Shown: positions 1 through 9,632, counted from the stretch's first letter. The stretch: 39,628 nt of DNA from an uncultured archaeon (GCA_964458565.1 CAYWJO010000031.1:1-39628); one strand, 5' to 3'. The notes: generated by a model not told the origin, from the letters alone. A program made the numbers and translations.

Positions 1-1
1 T

Positions 2-78
2 GGGCCGGTAGATTAGCCCGGCAGATCGCATGGTTTGCATCCATGAGGCCGCGAGTTCAAATCTCGCCCGGTCCACCA
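2..78 (+). tRNA. tRNA-Ala(TGC), CCA encoded, no intron
   Basis: Cloverleaf: acceptor GGGCCGG/CCGGTCC with the G3:U70 alanine identity pair, anticodon arm CATGG-TTTGCAT-CCATG (TGC), T-loop GTTCAAATC, ends ACCA. Confidence 0.97.
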
Positions 79-234
79 TTTTCTTATAAATCTGTGTCAG
101 TGAATTAATATAAGAGTCCAATAAGATATTCTTAGAAAACGATGCAATGACTTGCGATTTTCAATACGGCGCAAATAGAATCCATTAATATATGAGAAAC
201 CCGAGTCAATCTAGAGTTCGCGTGAGGCGATTTG

Positions 235-609
235 ATGGTAGAACGTAATTTGATATCAACCGCTCTTAGATTCAATGAACGAATAAATGCCAGAGACCTC
301 ACTGGTCTTGGAGAATTGATGACTGAAGATCACGTATTCATTGACATTCCGGGGGAAGTCCTCGAAGGTCGTGAGAGAATGATATCCGGATGGTTTGAAT
401 TTTTCAAGAGTTATCCCGATTATCGCAATAACTTCACTCGAGTCGAACGTCATGACAACGTTGTGATTATGATAGGATTCTCTGAGTGCTCGCATGAACC
501 ATTAGATGGTCCTTCAATATGGACTGCAAAAATCAGATATGGTTTGGTCGCTGAATGGAGAGTCTATAAAGACAATGAGGAAACACGAAAGAAGCTTGGG
601 ATACTCTAA
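235..609 (+). CDS. SnoaL-like / NTF2-family protein
   Basis: N-terminal 'F.E.INARDL..L.ELMTEDHVFID.PG...GRE' and C-terminal 'IRYGLVAEWRVY' pattern typical of SnoaL_2. ATG at 235 (TTG at 232 is the alternative start). Confidence 0.8.
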   Translation: MVERNLISTALRFNERINARDLTGLGELMTEDHVFIDIPGEVLEGRERMISGWFEFFKSYPDYRNNFTRVERHDNVVIMIGFSECSHEPLDGPSIWTAKIRYGLVAEWRVYKDNEETRKKLGIL

Positions 610-965
610 ATTCATTCTCTATGCTTACTAGGAATCTTTCTTTCCAGTGAAGATTCAAGGGCTCTCATATTGATTCTCTTCACCAATATATGGACTATTG
701 AATGCACGAACATGTCCAGAACAATTGTATGTTGCCTGGTATAAAATTTTCACACAACTTAATCGAACCACTTTCTTGCTCTTCTGTATTGTACAATTAA
801 ATCATGATTTGTTATGATAATCATTCACGTTTCTGTCCGTCTATATTGGTACTAATCGTATACTGTCTTAAAGTAATCCTTAAAGGGAGCCTTAATTGGC
901 CTGAGCTTCAAAAATACACTACACTCTAGACTTTGCCTATGCAAAATCCAAGGACGAAGCACTAG

Positions 966-3359
966 ATGTCACATGTGGTGAATTACAAAATGCAATTATT
1001 CGAGACATTCATTGGAATGGAGATCATTGAAGCCGCGATGATTCTTATTGTTATCGCCGCAGCCATTGCAAGTCTTGTTTATGCCTATTGGCTCAGAAGT
1101 GGTGTTCTTAAAGAGGACATGGGTACTGAGCAAATGAAGAAAGTGTGGTCTGGCATCAAGGAAGGAGCTAACTCCTATCTTGATCGTCAGCTCAAGACAA
1201 TAATCCCTATCCTTTTCGTGTTGTCTATCCTACTATTCTTCACGGTCTACATAACAACTCCAGAGAGAGGAACAGAACGTCTATTTGCAGCTGATCCAGA
1301 GCTCGGCAAGATTCTTGTCGGTATTGGACGTGCAGTTGCTTTCATTGTAGGTGCAAGCTTCTCATTGGCGGTTGGTCAGTTAGGAATGCGTATAGCTGTG
1401 GATTCCAATATTAGAGTCGCACAAGCTACTCGTGTAGGTGAGAACAGGTATAATCGAGCTCTAACAATCTCATATCGTGGTGGAACATTCACTGGAATGC
1501 TCACCGACGGTTTGGGCCTTCTAGGTGGTACAATCATCTTCATCATATACGGGATTGCTGCTCCTGATGCACTTCTTGGATTTGGTCTTGGAGGTACTCT
1601 ATTGGCTTTATTCATGCGTGTAGGTGGAGGTATCTACACAAAAGCTGCAGATGTTGGCGCAGATTTAGTAGGTAAAGTTGAACAAGGATTACCTGAAGAC
1701 GATCCCAGAAATGCTGCTGTTATAGCTGACCTTGTTGGAGACAATGTAGGTGACTGCGCAGGAATGGCAGCTGATATCTTTGAATCCTATGAGGTTACAA
1801 TAGTTTCCGCATTGATACTAGCAATTGTCATTATCCTTGATAGCACTTTACCTGGTCAGCTCCCTGGTATCTTCCCATTGGCTGTGATTGTATTTCCGCT
1901 ATTTGTAAGGGCAATTGGAGTTATTTCTTCAATGATTGGTACCGTTATGGTTCCAGTATGGCCTAGAATACTGAAGAAATCAGCAGTTTATGCTGAGAAG
2001 GCGATGTTCCTTTCTTATGAAGCATCTAGTGTCTTTACAATCTGTATCACTTTTGTACTATCATGGTTATACATTGGCGATCTCCGTTTCGGAATATTGA
2101 TTGCAGTTGGTGTCATGTTGGCTGTTTCATTCAATCCTATCACGAGCTACTTCACATCAATCAAAAAGCCTCCTGTCCAAGAGATTGTGAAATCAGCGGA
2201 CACAGGGACAGCTACATTCATTCTGCAGGGATTAGTTGCTGGTTATGAATCAACAGTTGCTGCATTGATAGTAATTGTAACGTCATTTGGTATTGCAGCT
2301 TTCCTATTCATAGCACCTGTGGCAGCACTCTTTACTCCGCTTGTTAACACTGATGTTAACCCTCTCTGGGCACTCTATGGTATTGCTCTGATTGGTATTG
2401 GAATGCTCTCTCACACCGGTAATAATGTAGCTATGGACTCATATGGACCGATTAGCGATAATGCCGCTGGTATTGGAGAACTCTCTCCAGGAGATTTTGA
2501 TGAAGAGGCTATGAAAACAATGGCTGAATTAGATGCAGTTGGAAACACAACAAAAGCTATCACAAAGGGAGTTGCTATTGCTTCAGCAGTGATTGCGGCT
2601 GTCAGTCTATTTGATAGCTATGTTGTCGTTGCTAAATTAGACCATCTTCTTCTAGACAATCCATTAGTATTCTCAGGGCTCCTCCTAGGTGCTGCTCTAC
2701 CTTGGTTATTCTCCGCACTTAACATCAAAGCAGTCACACGTGCTGCTGGTGAGATGGTCAGAGAAGTGCGTCGTCAATTCAGGATACCCGGTATACTTGA
2801 AGGCACAAGGAAACCTGATTATGATAGAGCTGTGGAAATCTCTACAACTGCAGCACAGAAAGAACTAGTCGCTCTTGCAGCACTCACAGTTTCAGTCCCG
2901 CTCATGGTTGGGATTCTATTAGGTGAAGCTGCATTAGGTGGCTTCCTTGGAGGTATCATTGTTTCAGGACAACTCCTTGCAGTGTTTATGTCAAACGCAG
3001 GTGGTGCATGGGATAATGCCAAGAAATCCATTGAGGATGAACCAAGCGATATTGAGGCTAACACTGGTAAAGGATCTGAACGTCACAAATGTGGAGTAAT
3101 TGGAGATACCATTGGTGACCCATTGAAGGACACTGCTGGTCCAGCTCTGAATCCAATGATCAAGGTAGTCAATCTGCTTGCCCTGATTGTTGCTCCGCTC
3201 CTTGTTACATATAAGCTCGGATCTGCTGATCCAATGATTAATGCGATTCTTCTCGGTGCACTGTTAATTCTGTTCCTAATGACATTATGGGCAATCAGAA
3301 AGAGTAACAGGCCAGCTGACTTTAGTGCCCCTCCTGAAGAACTACAAGTGTCGAATTAA
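966..3359 (+). CDS. hppA: Membrane-bound H+-translocating pyrophosphatase, K+-independent type
   Basis: Signature motifs GGGIYTKAADVGADLVGKVE, EDDPRN, DNVGD, DSYGPISDNA, GGAWDNAKK, GDTIGDPLKDTAGP; many TM helices; GNTTKA (Lys) determinant. True start may be a downstream Met. Confidence 0.96.
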   Translation: MSHVVNYKMQLFETFIGMEIIEAAMILIVIAAAIASLVYAYWLRSGVLKEDMGTEQMKKVWSGIKEGANSYLDRQLKTIIPILFVLSILLFFTVYITTPERGTERLFAADPELGKILVGIGRAVAFIVGASFSLAVGQLGMRIAVDSNIRVAQATRVGENRYNRALTISYRGGTFTGMLTDGLGLLGGTIIFIIYGIAAPDALLGFGLGGTLLALFMRVGGGIYTKAADVGADLVGKVEQGLPEDDPRNAAVIADLVGDNVGDCAGMAADIFESYEVTIVSALILAIVIILDSTLPGQLPGIFPLAVIVFPLFVRAIGVISSMIGTVMVPVWPRILKKSAVYAEKAMFLSYEASSVFTICITFVLSWLYIGDLRFGILIAVGVMLAVSFNPITSYFTSIKKPPVQEIVKSADTGTATFILQGLVAGYESTVAALIVIVTSFGIAAFLFIAPVAALFTPLVNTDVNPLWALYGIALIGIGMLSHTGNNVAMDSYGPISDNAAGIGELSPGDFDEEAMKTMAELDAVGNTTKAITKGVAIASAVIAAVSLFDSYVVVAKLDHLLLDNPLVFSGLLLGAALPWLFSALNIKAVTRAAGEMVREVRRQFRIPGILEGTRKPDYDRAVEISTTAAQKELVALAALTVSVPLMVGILLGEAALGGFLGGIIVSGQLLAVFMSNAGGAWDNAKKSIEDEPSDIEANTGKGSERHKCGVIGDTIGDPLKDTAGPALNPMIKVVNLLALIVAPLLVTYKLGSADPMINAILLGALLILFLMTLWAIRKSNRPADFSAPPEELQVSN

Positions 3360-3366
3360 ATGTAAT

Positions 3367-3410
3367 AGATGGTGGCGCTAGCCATCATCTCATCTCTCTT
3401 TTTTGATTTT
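3367..3410 (+). terminator. Hairpin plus T-rich terminator of hppA
   Basis: AGATGGTGGC-GCTA-GCCATCATCT stem (one G-U pair) followed by CTCTTTTTTGATTTT, just after the hppA stop. Confidence 0.7.
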
Positions 3411-3681
3411 AGCAGTTCAATGGAAACTAGGATTGGACTAGTTTACATACACTCATCTAAAGGAGAGCTATGAATGTTGTAACCTGTATTCTAGGAAACT
3501 ATCGAATTTGACCTGATTAATCTCGTTCGGTTACAAAAAGCGTAGCTTCAAATACAAATGAAGAGATGGATAATTCACAATCTTTATGATTTACTCCGTG
3601 AAGAGGAAGAGAGGTAATCGCTGGGAGTAAAGTTTGAGGCGGATATGAGGGCCTACCAGAATCATAATATATAGTTGATTT

Positions 3682-4704
3682 TTGAATCAATATACTATGC
3701 TGAATCGCCGCATACTTACTCTTGGGTTCCTCTTATCACTAGGATTATTCATTACGTCTGTGAACGGGCATATCCCGGTTGTTCCGGATGGTGGAACAAC
3801 ATTGGAAACAGCAACAGAAATTGTAAATCCTGAGTATTCCTGGTTTTACTATACAACACTCGAATCTGGTGATGTTCATTATTATAAATTCGAAGCAACA
3901 CAAGATGAACGTATCCGCTTTATGCTTAATCTACCAATTCCTGAGGGGGATAGAGGATTCAATCCTAGTCTGGTATTGATGGGTCCTGGAATTATCGATG
4001 GGGGTGTAATCCCCGGAAGTATCGAATTACCTGTTGGAGCTGGGATTCGTCTGTTTGAGCCTGAAGGACTCGAACCAGAATATGAGGGCTTTACACCAAT
4101 GTCGCAATACAAGACTATTGATTTGAATATGAGTGCACCCCAAACTGGAACCTACTACATTGCAATATATGATGAAACATACAGTGGACGATATGCGTTA
4201 GTATCAGGTTATATCGAAGCATATAGTATCTTGGAGTGGATTTCTATTCCATTTATGGTAGTTACACTATTGCAATGGTCAGGACAGAATATACTTCTGA
4301 TTCTTCTTCCCTCTCTGATACCATTGATTATTGGCCTTCCAATTCTTTACAAACGCGAATCATATGACATTACCACGAATAGCGTAGTTCCAATAATTGG
4401 GGGTCTCCTCTTCCTAGGATCTGGATTGTCAACTCTGGTGCAGATGGTGTACGCTCTTCTTCAAGCACCTGCAAATTGGACTGTTATTCTAACTCCTATT
4501 TTCGCCTCTTTGCCTTTCATATTGGGATTATCAGTCCTATACATAATTCGAGAGAATCGATGGATACAGAATCGTAGGAATGGCGTAAAGCTCATCATCG
4601 TTGGTATCCTTGCGCCTTTTGTTTGGGCTGGTTTCTTACTCGGACCGATTTTGGTGATTCTAGCAGGTTTGACACCATTTTGGGTTAAAATAGATGACTC
4701 GTAG
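3682..4704 (+). CDS. Membrane protein: signal peptide, extracellular beta-rich (PPC-like) domain, about 5-6 C-terminal TM helices
   Basis: Hydrophobic N-terminus ending ...SVNG|HIP; 'GDVHYYKF' and 'APQTGTYYIAI' PPC-like strands; hydrophobic C-terminal half. ATG at 3697 is an alternative start. Confidence 0.7.
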   Translation: MNQYTMLNRRILTLGFLLSLGLFITSVNGHIPVVPDGGTTLETATEIVNPEYSWFYYTTLESGDVHYYKFEATQDERIRFMLNLPIPEGDRGFNPSLVLMGPGIIDGGVIPGSIELPVGAGIRLFEPEGLEPEYEGFTPMSQYKTIDLNMSAPQTGTYYIAIYDETYSGRYALVSGYIEAYSILEWISIPFMVVTLLQWSGQNILLILLPSLIPLIIGLPILYKRESYDITTNSVVPIIGGLLFLGSGLSTLVQMVYALLQAPANWTVILTPIFASLPFILGLSVLYIIRENRWIQNRRNGVKLIIVGILAPFVWAGFLLGPILVILAGLTPFWVKIDDS

Positions 4705-4718
4705 TCCGACTGTATGCC

Positions 4719-4729
4719 AACCTTAATAT
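4719..4729 (+). promoter_or_regulatory. BRE-TATA-like promoter AACCTTAATAT upstream of the sORF
   Basis: The identical 11-mer also occurs at 11134-11144 (-) and 26250-26260 (+), each time upstream of a transcript candidate. Confidence 0.5.
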
Positions 4730-4872
4730 GCACTGGTTAGAATCTTGTTATAATCTAGTAGATGAAATGAGATTCAGCATCTATCTTATACGAATGCTGT
4801 GAATAGGACCCGATATTTGTCCTGTTTTGATGTTCCATCTGTTGGGGAAATTGAACGAGGTGAAATAATAAT

Positions 4873-4992
4873 ATGACAAAATACACCAAACCCGACAAAG
4901 ATACGTCTGATGAGTTCCAATATTTCAGATTCACTTGTGATGTGCAACCAAAGATGTATCTATATGATATATTCGACCACATTGAAAATTAG
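4873..4992 (+). CDS. Unannotated 39-aa small protein MTKYTKPDKDTSDEFQYFRFTCDVQPKMYLYDIFDHIEN
   Basis: Archaeal SD GAGGTGA at 4857-4863, ATG 4873, TAG 4990-4992, followed directly by a long hairpin plus T7. Confidence 0.6.
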   Translation: MTKYTKPDKDTSDEFQYFRFTCDVQPKMYLYDIFDHIEN

Positions 4993-5003
4993 TCAATGTG
5001 TTA

Positions 5004-5058
5004 TGTTTCAAACCCGCTCTGAGAATTGTATTCGGAGCGCGGATTGAACACTTTTTTT
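5004..5058 (+). terminator. Long imperfect hairpin plus T7 tract
   Basis: TGTTTCAA..CC-CGCTCTGA / TCGGAGCG..GG..TTGAACA followed by CTTTTTTT. Confidence 0.7.
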
Positions 5059-5169
5059 AGATGTCCTGAAAATGATGTCGGTGAAGATAAAATAGGTTGA
5101 ATCTATTGTCTATGAAATTAGAGTTGAAATATCTAGGAGTCTCCCAATTTTCTCGACCTTCCGACAGAA

Positions 5170-5385
5170 ATGCAATCGAAAGGTCATGAGGTAATCTTGT
5201 TGTTTAAAAGCCGTGACGCTGGAGTGACAGGTTTTATTCCTTCCATAACAGAAGATTATGTTGCCATGCGAAGGAGAAAAGACAATCGTCCTTGTGAATT
5301 TATCAAGATTGTGGAGATAGGGGGTATTTGGATTAAACGGTGGGCGCCGGATTCAGAAGATTGCATTCAACCGACTGCTACTTGA
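5170..5385 (+). CDS. Small hypothetical protein, possibly Sm/SH3-like beta barrel
   Basis: 71-aa ORF; strand pattern EVILLF..G VTGFI..ITEDYVAM..FIKI.EIGGIWI resembles Sm-like folds. It overlaps the convergent gene by 19 nt. Weak call. Confidence 0.35.
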   Translation: MQSKGHEVILLFKSRDAGVTGFIPSITEDYVAMRRRKDNRPCEFIKIVEIGGIWIKRWAPDSEDCIQPTAT

Positions 5386-6740
5386 TTAAATAGTGATACA
5401 TATTTTGAGTCATTATACTGATTGGCACTCCACTTTTTAAACCGATTTCTGAATATTAGATATGCAAACACTACAATAACGAGAAATGAACCGGCTGATA
5501 TCAGGATGCTAATCCAGAACCAGATATCTAGCAATTCTATTATATTTTCTGTGGTAGTTTCTGATGTTGTATTTGATGTAGTCGGTGTAATTGATTGATG
5601 CGGTGTGTGATATATTTCTTCTGCATTCCATAAAAGAGGAAAAGGTTCATTTTCCAGAAATTTTCTAATGAACACATCGTCGATGTAGCTTGTTCTTTCG
5701 GTTCCACCTACGTCATAGTTATTGTCCAAATCTGGATTGGCATAAGCCGAACTAGAATATCCCTTTCCCACAACAACGAGACTTGGCACTCCATCCCATG
5801 AACTTGGTCGGCTTAGTGGGGATAATTCATTCCAATTAATTCCGTCATACGAATAGTCTGCAGAAATTAGAGATTCACTCACCCTGATCCTGTAATGATA
5901 CCACACTCCACCATACCCTGCGCCACCGCTCACGCTAGAAGAAACTCCCTCAATCATTATAGACGAGACAAATGTATTCTCAGAATGTGCCCATAGACCA
6001 ATTCCCTGCCAGTTATATGGATCCCAATACACGTAGATACTATTTTTCCAACTTTGTGGTTCACCAACGTGGCTGTTTATTTTCCCTCTTATTACAAACT
6101 CTGAAACAGAAGAAATACTCCTCTCTATGTGACAATAGTAATTTTCAAACTGATGAACTCTTAGTGTAGAGGACTCAATGTCCAATGATCCAACTCCGTC
6201 TCCCTCATCTTCTATCCAACCGTTTCCTACCAATGTTGAATTTGGTCTATTGAAATCATCGAATATAGGAAACGTACTGAACCCATCATCAATAGTCGAC
6301 ACCATTTTGTTTCCATAGTAAATATAGATCAGTCGATTCTCTGAGAGATCATCAGCAACTTCCACCCAGACTCTAGCAACAACATTGACTTCAAGATATT
6401 CTATCCAATAATCCAGCAACGATACTCCATCATCATCAGTAAAGCGAATGTCACGAAAGTCAGGTTGGCATTTATTTTCCAGAAATACTCTATAACCCGA
6501 GTTTGTTCCTGCTAAGTGATGTACTGCTATTCGGATTTGATAATTCGTTCCTGCATTTTCAGAACCATTGACAATCAACGACCTTCTATAACTCCATCCA
6601 CTTAGCCATGAATCTCCTTGACCCAAGATAATATCCTTTGAGATTTGAAGTTGATTGTCTAGTCTACTAGGAGAGTCAATAATGAACAATGATTGGCTAA
6701 GAATCAGGAAACAAACAATAGCAAAAAACCTGAGTTTCAT
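5367..6740 (-). CDS. DUF2341-domain cell-surface protein with beta-sandwich domain and C-terminal TM anchor
   Basis: W.YRRS.I...NYQI.I....CQPDFRDIRFTDDDG..LLDYWIE...VWVEV....IYIYYGN matches DUF2341; signal peptide from ATG 6740; Thr-rich linker and TM helix near the C-terminus. Confidence 0.85.
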   Translation of the reverse strand: MKLRFFAIVCFLILSQSLFIIDSPSRLDNQLQISKDIILGQGDSWLSGWSYRRSLIVNGSENAGTNYQIRIAVHHLAGTNSGYRVFLENKCQPDFRDIRFTDDDGVSLLDYWIEYLEVNVVARVWVEVADDLSENRLIYIYYGNKMVSTIDDGFSTFPIFDDFNRPNSTLVGNGWIEDEGDGVGSLDIESSTLRVHQFENYYCHIERSISSVSEFVIRGKINSHVGEPQSWKNSIYVYWDPYNWQGIGLWAHSENTFVSSIMIEGVSSSVSGGAGYGGVWYHYRIRVSESLISADYSYDGINWNELSPLSRPSSWDGVPSLVVVGKGYSSSAYANPDLDNNYDVGGTERTSYIDDVFIRKFLENEPFPLLWNAEEIYHTPHQSITPTTSNTTSETTTENIIELLDIWFWISILISAGSFLVIVVFAYLIFRNRFKKWSANQYNDSKYVSLFNQVAVG

Positions 6741-6853
6741 GTTCTGCTCCCACCTAGTATCTGTATTAAAAGTCCACATATCAATAATTAGCTTTTCTTT
6801 TCTACTTGGTTCATTTTTTATGCTAGTTCTAATATATAGAGGGAGTGATATAG

Positions 6854-7987
6854 ATGAACCTCGAACTTTTCGCCCTAGAACGAATTCAATCTGAGTGGGA
6901 AAATCTAGTTGATATCAATCTTACTGAGAGTGGCGTTGAGCCAATCTCCATTTCCGAATTGGTGACTGATGAAGAAAAGCTCAGAGAAATTCTGGGTACG
7001 CCACTTGGATACTCACAGACAAATGGTACTCCTCAGCTACGCGAGATCATCTCATCCATCTATGAAGGAGCAACAGCTGAGAACGTGCTTGTGACTAATG
7101 GATGTGCTGAAGCTAATTTTCTCACTATCTGGAATCTTCTTCTTGAGTCAGATAGCAGAAAAGAAATTGTTATGATGCAACCCAACTACAATCAGATTCT
7201 TGGTCTTACTAGGGCTCTCGGTGGAAAATTGAAACCATTTCATCTCCAAATTCAAGGTGGGGAATGGGTTCCCGATATTGAAGAGTTGAAAGAGGTTGTA
7301 TCGAAGAATACACTCGCAGTGACAATCTGCAATCCAAACAATCCTACAGGAGCTACTTTTAGTACAGACTATCTCAAGGCAATCGGGGAGATCTCAGAAG
7401 ATATAGGAGCATGGATATTATCAGATGAGATATATCAAGGCGCAGAACTAGAAGGACCTCCAACTCCAACCATGTTTAATTTATCAGAAAGAGTAATTGT
7501 GACCAACAGTCTATCAAAAGCATATGGCTTACCAGGATTGCGGCTGGGATGGATTGTTACTTCCGATAAGAAACAGATCGATGAACTCTGGGCGTATTCT
7601 GACTATACTACAATTGGTCCATCAAATGTTAGCGATATGCTTGCAACGATTGCCTTACAGTATGAGATGAGAGAGTGGCTATTGAAACGGGCGAGTCAGA
7701 TTGTAAGTAGACACTGGGATTTGATGAAGAAATGGTTGGACGAACGTGCTGGAATCTTTGATTATGTAGCTCCGAAAGCGGCAAGTATCTGTTTTCCTAG
7801 ATATGATTTACCAATCAGCTCTCTTGAATTAGTAAACCGGCTTTTACGTGAAAAGAGACTATTAATTGCACCTGGAGCATATTTCGGAGTGGAGAATCAT
7901 TTGAGGATAGGTTTTGGATATGATGAAAACCATCTAGAAAAGGGTCTTGCATTGTTTGATGAGATGATTCAATTTCTATGTAAATAG
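6854..7987 (+). CDS. PLP-dependent aminotransferase class I/II
   Basis: NPNNPTG, SDEIY, SLSKAYGLPGLRLGW (PLP lysine) and RIGFG motifs. Confidence 0.93.
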   Translation: MNLELFALERIQSEWENLVDINLTESGVEPISISELVTDEEKLREILGTPLGYSQTNGTPQLREIISSIYEGATAENVLVTNGCAEANFLTIWNLLLESDSRKEIVMMQPNYNQILGLTRALGGKLKPFHLQIQGGEWVPDIEELKEVVSKNTLAVTICNPNNPTGATFSTDYLKAIGEISEDIGAWILSDEIYQGAELEGPPTPTMFNLSERVIVTNSLSKAYGLPGLRLGWIVTSDKKQIDELWAYSDYTTIGPSNVSDMLATIALQYEMREWLLKRASQIVSRHWDLMKKWLDERAGIFDYVAPKAASICFPRYDLPISSLELVNRLLREKRLLIAPGAYFGVENHLRIGFGYDENHLEKGLALFDEMIQFLCK

Positions 7988-8018
7988 ATGTAATAAAATA
8001 CCGGAGGATGAGGAAAAA

Positions 8019-9221
8019 ATGGTACCTGAACAGCCATTATATCCGGGAGTGCATATAGAGGAAACGCCCGGTGGAGAAAGGGCTATCACTGGTGTATCGA
8101 CTTCAATTACTGTTTTCATAGGACTAGCGTTTGTTGATAGACGGGATGATCCAACTGTTACCTTCAAACCAACACCAATTCTCTCATATTCAGAATATGA
8201 GGCTACATTCGGTCCACCCCATCCCAATTCTGAATTGGCAACAGCTGTCCGGTTGTTCTTTCTTAATGGTGGAGATAGATGCTATGTGGTTAATGTAGCT
8301 AATGATGTTGAGGAGATAGCAGCAGACAACATTGTCAATGTATACAAAAATGCTATTAAATCACTAGATTCTGTGGACATCTTCAATCTGATGGTAGTCA
8401 CACGAATTTCAATAATGTCTGACATTGATTACCTTGAGATTATAGATGAAGGAAGTAAATATTGTAGAGATAGAAGGGCATTCTTATTGATAGATCCTTT
8501 GGATGAGTGGAATCTATGGTATGCACCGTTAGATGCTTCAAAGATAAATATTTCACATCTTCGAGAATCTGTTGTGAACGAATATACTGCGATCTACTTC
8601 CCAAGGTTACTTGTAAGAGAGTATGATATTGTCAGCGATAGTTATTTGTTGAAAAAAATCGGTCCTGCTGCAGCGGTTGCAGGTGTTTTTGCTAGAGTTG
8701 ATTCTAAAAGTGGAGTATGGAAAGCCCCGGTTGGAACCAATGCTACAATATTTGGTTCAAATGGTGTCGACATTTACATCGCTGATAAACAGAACAGACT
8801 GCTTAATGATGAAGCAATAAATTGTATTCGGCTTTTCAATGTAGGTACAGTGTGTTGGGGCGTACGGACAATTGCTGGATTTGTTCCTGGAGAATGGAGA
8901 TATATCCCCGTTCGGAGACTGGCTCTCTTCATTGAGGAGTCAGTGTATCGTGGTACTCAATGGGCTATGTTTGAGCCTAATGATGAACCAACTTGGGCTG
9001 CAGTGCGTACTAGTGTAAGATCTTTCATGATGGACCTCTTTAGAAAAGGAGTTTTCCAGGATGGAAGTCTAAATGAGGCATTCTTTGTCAAATGCGATGG
9101 AGAAACTACTACAGAACACTACCGTAGTCTAGGAATTATGAACATCATTGTTGGTTTCGCTCCTTTGAAGCCAGCTGAGTTTATTGTATGTGAGATACAG
9201 CAGTATTCAGAATTGTCATGA
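8019..9221 (+). CDS. Contractile tail sheath protein (phage tail sheath / eCIS Afp2-3-like family)
   Basis: N-terminal YPGVHIEE...RAITGVSTSITVFIG; LFFLNGG..CYVV; GVWKAP; WGVRT; WRYIPVRRL..FIEES...GTQWA.FEPNDE..W; AFFVKCD; VGFAPLKPAEFIV. Confidence 0.92.
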   Translation: MVPEQPLYPGVHIEETPGGERAITGVSTSITVFIGLAFVDRRDDPTVTFKPTPILSYSEYEATFGPPHPNSELATAVRLFFLNGGDRCYVVNVANDVEEIAADNIVNVYKNAIKSLDSVDIFNLMVVTRISIMSDIDYLEIIDEGSKYCRDRRAFLLIDPLDEWNLWYAPLDASKINISHLRESVVNEYTAIYFPRLLVREYDIVSDSYLLKKIGPAAAVAGVFARVDSKSGVWKAPVGTNATIFGSNGVDIYIADKQNRLLNDEAINCIRLFNVGTVCWGVRTIAGFVPGEWRYIPVRRLALFIEESVYRGTQWAMFEPNDEPTWAAVRTSVRSFMMDLFRKGVFQDGSLNEAFFVKCDGETTTEHYRSLGIMNIIVGFAPLKPAEFIVCEIQQYSELS

Positions 9222-9353
9222 ATCTATGAGAGTCAATCCGTTTATCCTTTGAAATTCTATGTTTACGTGATGCAAATTGAAGGGTATAGAGTGGGATACC
9301 ATCCGAATTCTGAAAGATTATTGTTATTTTCTAATTCATGGAGTCTTCCGTAG
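9222..9353 (+). pseudogene. Possible eroded N-terminal remnant of a tail tube (gp19/Afp1-like) gene
   Basis: Stop-free 43 codons with no start upstream of the motif, reading ...YPLKFYVYVMQIEGYRVGY..., loosely in register with the tube N-terminal pattern (DP....F.F.VEIDG..V.GF). It sits where tube genes normally follow the sheath. Confidence 0.25.
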
Positions 9354-9384
9354 AAGAGAGAAGGAAAAATCAAGATGAGTTGAT

Positions 9385-9397
9385 AAAGGTTAATAAC
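9385..9397 (+). promoter_or_regulatory. BRE-TATA-like promoter of hicBA (AAAGGTTAATAAC)
   Basis: Ends about 20-30 nt upstream of the hicB start codons (9417/9426), consistent with a short or absent leader. Confidence 0.5.
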
Positions 9398-9416
9398 ATA
9401 ATAACCAAAGTGAATA

Positions 9417-9632
9417 ATGATAACAATGCTACTCTCTGCAGTCGTTACTCGTGATGGCAAATTTTACGTTGCTCTTGCTCCGGATGTGGATATAGCAAGT
9501 CAAGGCGAATCCATCGAAGAAGCATTATCCAATTTAAAGGAAGCATTGGATTTGTATTTTGAGGACGAGGATGCAATAAGACCCGAAACGAGAGAAAGAC
9601 CTATCATAACTGTGGTCGAGACATCATCTTGA
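9417..9632 (+). CDS. hicB: HicB-family antitoxin (short, no DNA-binding domain)
   Basis: YVALAPDVDIASQGESIEEALSNLKEALDLYFE HicB/UPF0150 signature; overlaps the hicA start (TTGA). Confidence 0.9.
   Translation: MITMLLSAVVTRDGKFYVALAPDVDIASQGESIEEALSNLKEALDLYFEDEDAIRPETRERPIITVVETSS

Noticed and set aside
3420-3620. Short ORFs with an SD-like AAGGAG after the hppA terminator
   Set aside because: Only fragments of about 20 codons or fewer, without recognisable similarity.
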